Positions 25,521 through 33,909 of a DNA stretch of 45,268 nucleotides are shown piece by piece. Made by a program: the position numbers and the translations under genes. Below the pieces are notes generated by a model. The model did no database searches, was not told where the DNA came from, and saw only the letters and a list, made by a program, of their open reading frames with translations. This DNA comes from a virus: the IMG/VR virus record IMGVR_UViG_3300045988_017036, one strand, 5' to 3'. Each line of letters begins with the position of its first letter. The first letter of the stretch is position 1.

Positions 25521-27098
25521 ATGGAAAAACAAACTGATGTAGCTTATGGTAGAGCTAAAGCAGTTTATGACAAGTTAACCCAAGACCGAGAGGATTACAC
25601 ACGGAGAGCCGAAGAGTGTGCAAAGTACACCATTCCTCGTCTATTCCCTAGAGAATATGACGATAGTGGTACTGATTATGCAACACCTTACAACTCAGTG
25701 GGTGCAAGAGGGGTAAACAATCTGGCATCTAAATTGTTGCTTGCATTGTTGCCTCCCAATCAGCCTTTCTTTAGGTTTGGTCTAGATGAAGAATCAATGG
25801 CGATGCTTCAGGAGTCCAATAACGAGCAAATGAAGGATGCCATTGAACTTGGTTTGTCTATGCTTGAAAACTCTGTAGTCAAGTATATGGAAGCTAATTC
25901 TCTTAGACCGACTTTAAGTGAGGCCATAAAACAGCTCATTGTAGCTGGTAATGCCTTATTGTTCCTTCCTCCAAAAGAAGGCGGTGTCAAATGTTACAAA
26001 CTCAGAAACTATGTTGTTCAGAGGGATGGGACTGGTAATGTCCTTCAAATTGTAGCTAAAGATACTATGAGTAGAGCTTCGTTGCCGGACTATGTTTCTA
26101 AGTTCCTGACCGATCACAGACCTGTCTCCAACGAAGACTCTAAGCCTTCTGATGAAAAAGTAGATATTTATACGCATACCTACTTGGATGGCAATAGATG
26201 GGTGTCTTACCAAGAGATAGATGGCTTTAAGGTACCAAAGAGTGAACAAACGTATCCTAAAGACAAGCTTCCGTGGATGCCTATAAGATTCTCTAAGATT
26301 GACGGAGAGAACTATGGTCGCTCCTTTGTGGAAGACTTTCTAGGAGACTTGAGAAGCCTTGAAGTTCTTTCTCAGTCGATTGTTGATTTGTCGAAGATTG
26401 CTGCTAAAGTAGTCTATCTGGTTAGTCCTTCTTGTCAGACGAATATACAGGCTTTAGCTAAAGCTAGAAATGGTGCTTATGTCAAGGGACGTGTGGATGA
26501 TGTTGTCCCTGTACAGTTAAACAAATCTGCTGACATGCAGGTTACTATGAGTACCGCTTCTAACATTGAACAAAGATTGTCTTTCTGTTTCCTTCTGAAT
26601 AGTGCAGTACAAACAGGTGCCCAAGGAAGAGACAGAGTGACTGCTGAAGAAATCCGATATGTTGCAGGTGAACTTGAAGACACTTTGGGTGGTACCTATT
26701 CTCTGTTGTCTAATGAGCTGCAAATGCCTTTGGTAAAGTGCATCTTCAATCAGATGCAATCCAACGGTCAACTGCCTGACTTCGGAGAGTTTGATTCTAA
26801 GATTGAACCTACGATTGTTACCGGTGTTGATGCTCTTGGACGTGGACATGATCTTGCTAACTTGACTCAGGCTATGACAATTCTATCACAGTTCCCTGAT
26901 GTTATGCAAAGTGTCAACCAAAGTAATCTTGCATTGCGAGTCTTTACGAGTGCACATATTGATCCTACAGGATTGATTAAGACACCTGAACAGATTGAAC
27001 AAGAAAGACAAGCTCAGATGCAAATGTATCAACAACAGGTTGCTACGGATACAGCAGGACAAGTTGTAGCAGATCAAGCTAGAGCACAAGCACAATAA
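25521..27098 (+). CDS. portal (head-tail connector) protein (T7 gp8-like)
   Basis: Collinear with T7 gp8: QDREDYTRRAEECAKYTIP, VGARGVNNLASKLLLAL, GDLRSLE and VTAEEIRYVAGELEDTLGG. Confidence 0.95.
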   Translation: MEKQTDVAYGRAKAVYDKLTQDREDYTRRAEECAKYTIPRLFPREYDDSGTDYATPYNSVGARGVNNLASKLLLALLPPNQPFFRFGLDEESMAMLQESNNEQMKDAIELGLSMLENSVVKYMEANSLRPTLSEAIKQLIVAGNALLFLPPKEGGVKCYKLRNYVVQRDGTGNVLQIVAKDTMSRASLPDYVSKFLTDHRPVSNEDSKPSDEKVDIYTHTYLDGNRWVSYQEIDGFKVPKSEQTYPKDKLPWMPIRFSKIDGENYGRSFVEDFLGDLRSLEVLSQSIVDLSKIAAKVVYLVSPSCQTNIQALAKARNGAYVKGRVDDVVPVQLNKSADMQVTMSTASNIEQRLSFCFLLNSAVQTGAQGRDRVTAEEIRYVAGELEDTLGGTYSLLSNELQMPLVKCIFNQMQSNGQLPDFGEFDSKIEPTIVTGVDALGRGHDLANLTQAMTILSQFPDVMQSVNQSNLALRVFTSAHIDPTGLIKTPEQIEQERQAQMQMYQQQVATDTAGQVVADQARAQAQ

Positions 27099-27117
27099 TA
27101 CAAAGGATGAATACTAA

Positions 27118-27897
27118 ATGAGTGGTGAAGCCCCTAACGATACCGGTGCAGTTGTAGATACCGGTAACATTGACGTACAAGTTGGAGCTGAGACTGGTAC
27201 CGTTCAGTTTGATACCAATGCAGGTAACGGACAGTCTATTATGGCTCCTGAAGGTGAACCTGATGCTCCGAACTATGATTCTGGTAGTAATGACAGTGGT
27301 GACAACAACAATCCTCCTTCTGGAGATACTACCCTAGCGGATGATGTAGCAAAGCATCAGGATACCCTTAAGGCTCTTGAAAAAGATCTCCGTAATAAAG
27401 GAGTGGACTTTAAGCAGGCCATTAAGGAATACGAAGAATCTGGTAATATTTCCAGTCGTACTTTGGCTAACCTTGTAAATGCAGGTTATCCGAAGGAAGT
27501 CATCGAGTCTTTCATTGAAGGAAGACACGCAATTGAAGAACGTTTCACTAAGGCTGTTTATGATACTGCCGGTGGTGAACAAGAATACTTTAAGATGACT
27601 CAATGGGCGGCCAATAACCTTCCTCAGAGTACCCTTAAAGCGTTCAACAAAGCTCTCGATAGTAATGACTTGGATTTGATCTCAATGATGGTTGCAGGGA
27701 TTCAATCCAAGATGAACGCTACGAGAGGTACATCTAATCCTACTCTTCTGGGCAGTACCCAAGGTGTAGGTGGAGGAGAACCTAAAGGGTTTGCATCAAA
27801 GCAGGACATGATTAAAGCTATGTCTGACCCTAGATATGCGAGAGACCCTGCATATACCCGTTCTGTTGAACAAAAGATGCTCTATACTGTATTTTAA
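27118..27897 (+). CDS. scaffolding protein (T7 gp9-like)
   Basis: Acidic, low-complexity N-terminus with a helical C-terminus, between the portal and capsid genes. Confidence 0.75.
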   Translation: MSGEAPNDTGAVVDTGNIDVQVGAETGTVQFDTNAGNGQSIMAPEGEPDAPNYDSGSNDSGDNNNPPSGDTTLADDVAKHQDTLKALEKDLRNKGVDFKQAIKEYEESGNISSRTLANLVNAGYPKEVIESFIEGRHAIEERFTKAVYDTAGGEQEYFKMTQWAANNLPQSTLKAFNKALDSNDLDLISMMVAGIQSKMNATRGTSNPTLLGSTQGVGGGEPKGFASKQDMIKAMSDPRYARDPAYTRSVEQKMLYTVF

Positions 27898-27956
27898 AAA
27901 ATAAATAAACCGATAATAATATAATAAAAATAATAACATAATAAGAGGTTATTTAA

Positions 27957-28121
27957 ATGGCAGCTCTTAATGATAATTCTATTTCCAATCCTGGTCAACA
28001 ACTGAGTACTGGTGATCGCCGTGCGTTGTTCCTGAAGATTTTTGCAGGTGAAGTTCTGACGGCTTTTGCTCGTACCACGGTTATGATGGACAAGCATATT
28101 GTCCGAACCATTAACTACGGT
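27957..28121 (+). CDS. major capsid protein (T7 gp10-like), exon 1 (55 aa)
   Basis: MAALNDN...RRALFLKIFAGEVLTAFARTTVMMDKHIVRTINYG matches T7 gp10A residues ~20-75 (KLALFLKVFGGEVLTAFARTSV...HMVRSISSG). Confidence 0.85.
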
Positions 28122-28762
28122 AATTGATTTGCTGTAGTAAAACTCTTTTAATTGCTGGGAACTCCTATAGATAGGACAATCAGCAGCTAAGACTAACCGA
28201 AAGGTAGTAAAGTTCAACGACTAGTTTTTATAACGTAGGTATCAAGTGATACCGAAATGGAGAGATATATTATTATGAGCGAAAGCACCGAGATGGGCTT
28301 TAAGGAGTGCAAACTCTGCAAACAGGTTAAACCTTTGTCAGAGTTCTACTATAGAAAAGATAGCAAAGACTATCGTGCTGAGTGCAAGCAATGCAGGAAA
28401 AACTATGAACGTCTTAAAAAGACTGGATGGTCTCCTGAAGCTTATGAGTATGCTTGGTATCATCAGAATGGTAAGTGTGCTATATGTGGTTGTGAGTTAG
28501 GCTCTAGTAGATATACTAAACCTGCCGCAGATCACGATCATAAGACGGGTAAACTTAGAGGTATTCTCTGTACTCAATGCAATACAGCTTTAGGTCTTAT
28601 GAAAGATTCTCCTTATAGGCTTGAGTCCGCGATTCGTTATTTAGAAGAACACGGAAATAATATATAAGATATAGTCTGATCTCATAGGTAACTATGAGCC
28701 GTCTAGGGTGGGAACCTAGATGGAGCTACGGGGTAACGCCTGTAGTGAAACATGAGGCAACG
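28122..28762 (+). mobile_element. group I intron in the major capsid gene (641 nt), carrying an EndoVII-type HNH endonuclease
   Basis: The exon ends ACTACGGT, with P1 to GCTGTA (28131..28136). Core carries GGGAACTCC...GGACAATCAGCAGC, classic R element GTTCAACGACTAG (~28214) and S element GATATAGTCTGA (28668..28679) plus hairpin CTCATAG/CTATGAG. Omega G at 28762. The spliced product reads TINYG|KSASFPVMGRT, matching T7 SISSGKSAQFPVLGRT. Confidence 0.85.
28257..28667 (+). CDS. intron-encoded HNH endonuclease (His-Me finger with Zn-binding Cys pairs)
   Basis: CKLC...CKQC...CAIC...DHDHKTGKLRGILCTQCNTALG. The start is probably ATG at 28275 after GGAGAG. Confidence 0.85.
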   Translation: MERYIIMSESTEMGFKECKLCKQVKPLSEFYYRKDSKDYRAECKQCRKNYERLKKTGWSPEAYEYAWYHQNGKCAICGCELGSSRYTKPAADHDHKTGKLRGILCTQCNTALGLMKDSPYRLESAIRYLEEHGNNI

Positions 28763-29572
28763 AAATCCGCCTCGTTCCCTGTTATGGGTCGTACTCATGC
28801 TAAGTACCTTGAACCCGGCAATAGCTTGGACGATCAACGTAAGAAGATGGAACACACCGAGAAGGTCATCGAGATCGATGGTCTTCTTACGGCTGACTGC
28901 TTGATTACTGATATTGACGAAGCAATGAACCACTATGATGTGCGTTCTGAATACTCTCGTCAACTTGGTGAAGCTCTTGCTCAGGCTGCTGACTGTGCTG
29001 TTATCAATGAACTTGCTAATCTGGCAGCTAAGAAGACTGCTGGTATGCAAGAAAATATTCCTGCAAACTCTACTCTTAAAAACCCCGGTACGGGTAAGGC
29101 TTTTGAATTTGTTACCGGTATGGACGAAGCTCAATCCGCAGCTTATGGCAATAAGTTGCTTGAAGGTCTGATTGCTGCTCGTGCTGCATTTACCCGTAAC
29201 TATGTGCCTCAGGCTGATCGTTACTTCTTGACGACTCCTGAAGGTTACTCTGCTATTCTCCGTGCGTTGATGCCTGATGCGGCTAACTATGCGGCTCTCT
29301 TTGACCCGTCTAGCGGTCGCTTGATGAATGTTGCTGGCTTCCAAATTATCGAAGTTCCGCACTTCATTAACGATGGTGTTGACAGCAAGCACACCCTCAA
29401 GGCACAACTTACGACTGCTGTGTTGCAAGGTATTGTCTTCCATCGTTCCGCTGTGGGTACTGTGAAGCTCCGTGATCTTGCTATGGAACAAGCACGTAGA
29501 GCTGAATATCAGGCAGATCAAATCATTGCCAAGTACGCGATAAACAAAACCTGTCGCGTTAATCTTTTCTAA
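28763..29572 (+). CDS. major capsid protein, exon 2
   Basis: KSASFPVMGRTHAKYLEPGNSLDDQRK...HRSAVGTVKLRDLAMEQARRAEYQADQIIAKYA is collinear with T7 gp10A. The spliced protein would be about 324 aa. Confidence 0.9.
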   Translation, partial: KSASFPVMGRTHAKYLEPGNSLDDQRKKMEHTEKVIEIDGLLTADCLITDIDEAMNHYDVRSEYSRQLGEALAQAADCAVINELANLAAKKTAGMQENIPANSTLKNPGTGKAFEFVTGMDEAQSAAYGNKLLEGLIAARAAFTRNYVPQADRYFLTTPEGYSAILRALMPDAANYAALFDPSSGRLMNVAGFQIIEVPHFINDGVDSKHTLKAQLTTAVLQGIVFHRSAVGTVKLRDLAMEQARRAEYQADQIIAKYAINKTCRVNLF

Positions 29573-29641
29573 ATAACGGGAAAGCATAAGCTAACCCGAT
29601 TGAAGCTATATAACTCAAAAACAGTATAGGAGATATACAAA

Positions 29642-30403
29642 GTGAGTAAGTATAACGAAACTCTTAATAAATATCTTGCAGGGTTTATTGATGCAGATGG
29701 AACCCTTGCATTTCACTTTAATAAAACTGTAGATGGATATTTTAGAATAGGTTTACAGTTTGGTATTACACAGATAGACAACAGAGGCAGAGGCTTTAAG
29801 CTTCTGGAATTCCTTAAAGAATCCTATTGTGTAGGAAGTCTGTCTGATGTGCCAAGTAAAAAACAAAAGTATTGGAAGGTAGCAAATAAAGATGAACTCG
29901 AAAAGTTCTTACCTCATGTAATCAAACACATGGTTATTAAAGGTAAGCATTTTCAAAGAATGCTAGAGAAACGAAGAGAACTAGCAGGAGTTAATCTTAC
30001 GCAAGAACAAGTAGATGCCTTGAGACAATTTGCTAAAGAATCAAGGAAAGATACCGGTGCTATCCGATACAAAAAGAATGCTAGCCCTGCATGGTTAGCT
30101 GGATATATAGATGGTGATGGATACCTAAGACATTCTGATAAAGAACATTGGCTTAAAATCCATGTACAAACTTCTGATGTTGTTGCTGTAGAATTAATAC
30201 AGAACACTTATGGTGGTAAGATATACCCGACAACAAAAGAAAACATAAAAGAGTTTCGATTAAACTTTGGAGCATCGTTCTACGGAACTGCTAACAAAGT
30301 ATTGAAGGCTATCATTCCGCATCTAAGAATAAAAAGACATGATGCTGAAATGATTCTTCATTGGCACAAGCAACGACTAAGTGAAAAGAACTCTACGGAG
30401 TAA
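29642..30403 (+). CDS. free-standing LAGLIDADG homing endonuclease (double-motif)
   Basis: Two LAGLIDADG motifs (LAGFIDADG and LAGYIDGDG). GTG start after RBS TAGGAGA. Lies between the capsid gene and the tail genes. Confidence 0.85.
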   Translation: MSKYNETLNKYLAGFIDADGTLAFHFNKTVDGYFRIGLQFGITQIDNRGRGFKLLEFLKESYCVGSLSDVPSKKQKYWKVANKDELEKFLPHVIKHMVIKGKHFQRMLEKRRELAGVNLTQEQVDALRQFAKESRKDTGAIRYKKNASPAWLAGYIDGDGYLRHSDKEHWLKIHVQTSDVVAVELIQNTYGGKIYPTTKENIKEFRLNFGASFYGTANKVLKAIIPHLRIKRHDAEMILHWHKQRLSEKNSTE

Positions 30404-30516
30404 GCGATAGTCTAAGGGACGAAAGTCCTATTGGGGCCACGGTGGTCTTAGACCTGAAGCTGTTGGTGTCTTTGTGAAGACTGCTCAGACTGGCTCTGAT
30501 GACTAAGGAGTAGTCT

Positions 30517-30705
30517 ATGCCCGCTGATCTTACTAAGTATGCAAACACCTACGATATTACAGCTAAGAAGTGGGTGAAAGACATGACGGATTCTGAGCTT
30601 GAAACTTATGGCTACAAAGAAAAGGCAGAAGAAGGTGATGAAGAAGAAACATTGTCTGTCCAGACTGTAGCTTCTAAGACGAGAGCTAAGAAAACAGTAG
30701 CTTAA
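30517..30705 (+). CDS. hypothetical small protein
   Basis: 62-aa ORF with RBS AAGGAG. Confidence 0.45.
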   Translation: MPADLTKYANTYDITAKKWVKDMTDSELETYGYKEKAEEGDEEETLSVQTVASKTRAKKTVA

Positions 30706-30722
30706 CAATTAATAAACTATAA

Positions 30723-30763
30723 GCCCTAGAGTGTACTATATGTATGCCCTAGGGCTATTTTTT
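30723..30763 (+). terminator. stem-loop plus U-tract (Tphi-like terminator candidate)
   Basis: 7-bp stem GCCCTAG...CTAGGGC followed by TATTTTTTC, positioned between the capsid module and the tail genes. Confidence 0.5.
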
Positions 30764-30810
30764 CGACATTAGATAGTGTAAACTATCTTCGATATTTTAG
30801 GAGATTAGCT

Positions 30811-31425
30811 TTGATTATAACTCCGCAAAATGAATTAGATGCAGTCAATGAAATCCTAAGTGCTATAGGCTCTTCTCCTGTTTCTAGCCTTGAAGACGAA
30901 AACAATGTTGATGTCATCAATGCTAAAAGAATTCTTAAAGGTGTATCTAAAGAAATACAAGCAAGAGGCTGGTTCTTTAATACTCTTGAAATGATACATC
31001 TTGACCCTGAAGATAACCGGTATGGAAAACTCAATGTTCCTTGTCCTAATAGTTATCTCAGGTTTGAAGCTCCAACCTATAAGTTAATTCGAAGAGACGG
31101 ATATTTCTTTGATGTCTTTAGTCAAACCAACATATTTCCTGAAGGTTTGGACATTAAGATACTCGTTAAAGAACTTCCGTTCAATGAGCTTCCAGAACAA
31201 TTTAGAAAATATATTACAGTTCGTTCTTCTAGAATATTCCAAATGAGATATCTAGGAGACGATGGGTTAGACCTTCATCTTCAAACTGAAGAGACTGCTG
31301 CCTATGCAGATGTGATTGACTATGATTTGACTACAGGTGACTACAATGTCTTTGAGGATGGAGACTTTATCCAGATAGCACGACACAGAGGAGTACCGTA
31401 TGCCCCTTATTTCCCAAAGCATTAG
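30811..31425 (+). CDS. tail tubular protein A (T7 gp11-like)
   Basis: LDAVNEILSAIGSSPVSSLEDENNVDVINAKRILKGVSKEIQARGWFFN matches the T7 gp11 N-terminus. Confidence 0.9.
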   Translation: MIITPQNELDAVNEILSAIGSSPVSSLEDENNVDVINAKRILKGVSKEIQARGWFFNTLEMIHLDPEDNRYGKLNVPCPNSYLRFEAPTYKLIRRDGYFFDVFSQTNIFPEGLDIKILVKELPFNELPEQFRKYITVRSSRIFQMRYLGDDGLDLHLQTEETAAYADVIDYDLTTGDYNVFEDGDFIQIARHRGVPYAPYFPKH

Positions 31426-33907
31426 TTCCTTTAAGGGTGGCGTATCCCAACAGCCTGATATTATACGGTTCCCTGACCAAGTAGAAGAGCTTATTAATGG
31501 ATTCCCTAGTGAAGTAGAAGGTCTTCAGAAGAGACCTCCGACTATTCACATAGCTAGACTTGGGGACTCTATGGGTAACAACAAAGTGAGATACCATGTT
31601 ATCAATAGAGATGAGAAGGAGCAATACATTCTAGAGATGCGCTCAGGCAGTCTTAGAGTATGGGATTTGAAAGGTAACGCTAAGACTGTCAACATTAAGG
31701 AAGACTCCAGCTATCTGACTGTAACTGATCCTATAAAAGAATTCAGAGCTGTAACTGTAGCTGACTATACGTTTATTCTTAACAACACCATTAAGACTGC
31801 TATGACTGATGATCTCAGTCCAGACACTAATGATGGCAAGGTGTTGTTTGATGTCAGAGGTACTGCCTATGGTAAGACCTATGAGATATGGCTTAATGAT
31901 GAGTTCTGTGCCGGTGTAAGACTTCCTTCAGGTAACTCTGCATGGCACGCTAGATATGCCAATACTCAGAAGGTTGCAGAGTGTCTTTACTATGCTTTGA
32001 TTGGCACTAAGCCTACTGAAGGTTACTGGGAAGGTGTAGCATGGAAGACTGGGTTTAGTCAACTGGCATCTTCAGGTGACGAAGATGTATGCTCTATTGC
32101 TACGTCTGATGATGGTTGGAATAATGTAGGTATCACAGATACTTTTGAAGCAGCACAGATAAACAACAGTTCTACATTGTCTGTCCGTAAGAAAGATGGA
32201 AGTGGCTTTGAGTATAATATTGAAGATGGTTATGCCGGTGGTAACTTCTATTCTGCTAAGGACTGGGTGTCTTCAGAAAATAAGCTACCCAATGATGCAC
32301 CTGATGGTTTTGTCTTGAGAATTAAAGGTTACACTTCAGGTGATACTTCGGATGACTACTATGTCAAGTGGAATGCTAGTGAAAAGACTTGGCAAGAAAC
32401 TCTAGCTAGAGGTATCCCCTATAAGATTGACGCTAAGACAATGCCTCATGCACTTGTCAGAGAAGCTGATGGAACTTTTAGTTTCAAGAGATTGGAATGG
32501 ATAGATAGACAAACAGGTGACGAAGACAGTAACCCTGAGCCTACCTTTATCACACGTACAATCAATGACATCTTCTTCTATCGTAATAGACTAGGGTTTA
32601 TTGCAGATGAGAATATTATCTTGAGTGCTAGTGCAGACTTCTTTAACTTCTGGTTTGAGACTGCTACGAGTGTCCTTGATACGGATGCTATAGACGTAGC
32701 TGTGAGTTCCAATAAGGTATCCATTCTGACTCATGCTGTGCCATTCTCTAGGGAACTTATGTTGTTTGCTAGGGAAGGACAATTTGTATTAGGCTCTGAT
32801 GGTGTCTTAACTCCTAAGTCAGTTAAGGTAGACCAAGTGTCTAGCTTTGTGTACAATCCTAATGTTCAACCTATCAATATTGGTAACAGCATTTACTTTA
32901 TTAACGATAGAGTGAACTATTGCTCTCTTATGCGTTTCTATACGATTCAAGATGTAGCAGACTTAAGAGATGCTGAGGATTGTTCTAGTCACGTACCTCG
33001 ATATATTCCTACAGGAATCACTAGACTCTCGGGTAACTCTACAGAAAACGTTATTACGTGTCTTTCTGATAGTACCCCTAATACTGTATATACTTATAAG
33101 TTCATTCTTGTCAACGATAATACAATCCAGCAATCATGGTTTAAATGGACTTTTGGTACTGATGACAGTCGTGTCTTATTGGCTGACTTTATCAATGCTA
33201 ATATATACATGATTATAAGTACACCATCAGGTTTATTCCTAGAGAAAGCTGAATTGACTGGTAATACTCTAGATTATCCTGATGAGCCTGTAAGACTATT
33301 CATGGACAGAAAGACAGAGTACACGATACCTCAAGGAAACAAGTATAGTGATTTCAATAATTATACAGAGGTGTCACTTAAAGATGTCTATGGTACGACT
33401 CCTACAGAAGGCTATACGTATTTCCTTGTCACTCCTGAAGGTTATCTTTATAAGACAAGCGAATGGGATGATAATGGTGTATTCAGACTTACAGGAGACC
33501 TTAGAGGCAAGAAAGTATTTGTAGGCAGACAATATGTTCTTGATGTTACTTTGTCTAGACCTTTGATTAAACAGAATAATAGTCAAGGTGCTGTTGTATC
33601 TGAAGACGAAGGGAGACTGATGCTTAGATACTTCTGGTTTAACTATTCTGATTCTGGTGTATTTAATACGAAGGTAATCAATAGTTTGAAACACAAAGAA
33701 TATACTTATACTTGTACATCTAAGAATCTTGGTGTCTCTGACTTGTTACTTGGTGTCAATAAGGTATTCGGTGGACGCTTTAAGTTCCCTGTGCATGAGC
33801 TGAATAATGAGGTAGCTATTAAACTCTATAGTGACAATATGCTCCCTGTGAATATTGTTTCTGGTGGTTGGGGAGGTATGTATGTTAGAAGAACTCAGAA
33901 GGTGTAA
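31400..33907 (+). CDS. tail tubular protein B (T7 gp12-like)
   Basis: MPLISQSISSFKGGVSQQPDIIRFPDQ, NDIFFYRNRLGF and AVPFSRELML are collinear with T7 gp12. Confidence 0.95.
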   Translation: MPLISQSISSFKGGVSQQPDIIRFPDQVEELINGFPSEVEGLQKRPPTIHIARLGDSMGNNKVRYHVINRDEKEQYILEMRSGSLRVWDLKGNAKTVNIKEDSSYLTVTDPIKEFRAVTVADYTFILNNTIKTAMTDDLSPDTNDGKVLFDVRGTAYGKTYEIWLNDEFCAGVRLPSGNSAWHARYANTQKVAECLYYALIGTKPTEGYWEGVAWKTGFSQLASSGDEDVCSIATSDDGWNNVGITDTFEAAQINNSSTLSVRKKDGSGFEYNIEDGYAGGNFYSAKDWVSSENKLPNDAPDGFVLRIKGYTSGDTSDDYYVKWNASEKTWQETLARGIPYKIDAKTMPHALVREADGTFSFKRLEWIDRQTGDEDSNPEPTFITRTINDIFFYRNRLGFIADENIILSASADFFNFWFETATSVLDTDAIDVAVSSNKVSILTHAVPFSRELMLFAREGQFVLGSDGVLTPKSVKVDQVSSFVYNPNVQPINIGNSIYFINDRVNYCSLMRFYTIQDVADLRDAEDCSSHVPRYIPTGITRLSGNSTENVITCLSDSTPNTVYTYKFILVNDNTIQQSWFKWTFGTDDSRVLLADFINANIYMIISTPSGLFLEKAELTGNTLDYPDEPVRLFMDRKTEYTIPQGNKYSDFNNYTEVSLKDVYGTTPTEGYTYFLVTPEGYLYKTSEWDDNGVFRLTGDLRGKKVFVGRQYVLDVTLSRPLIKQNNSQGAVVSEDEGRLMLRYFWFNYSDSGVFNTKVINSLKHKEYTYTCTSKNLGVSDLLLGVNKVFGGRFKFPVHELNNEVAIKLYSDNMLPVNIVSGGWGGMYVRRTQKV

Positions 33908-33909
33908 CA

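Noticed and set aside
24395-27957. Additional copies of the 22-nt promoter-like motif in the late (structural) region
   Set aside because: I searched by eye for ATCTGACTG / ATCTTAC cores upstream of the portal, scaffold, capsid and tail genes. None was found, and the AT-rich stretches there do not match.
2062-28762. Inteins or programmed frameshifts as the explanation for the split nrdD, terL, DNA polymerase and capsid genes
   Set aside because: The insertions contain in-frame stop codons and separate ORFs with their own RBS, plus RNA-level group I elements (R and S elements, IGS pairing, terminal G). This matches introns, not in-frame protein splicing or frameshifting.
29573-30516. A sixth group I intron carrying the LAGLIDADG gene
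   Set aside because: There is no R or S core motif and no flanking exons with interrupted homology. The capsid gene ends normally at 29572 and gp11 starts intact at 30811.
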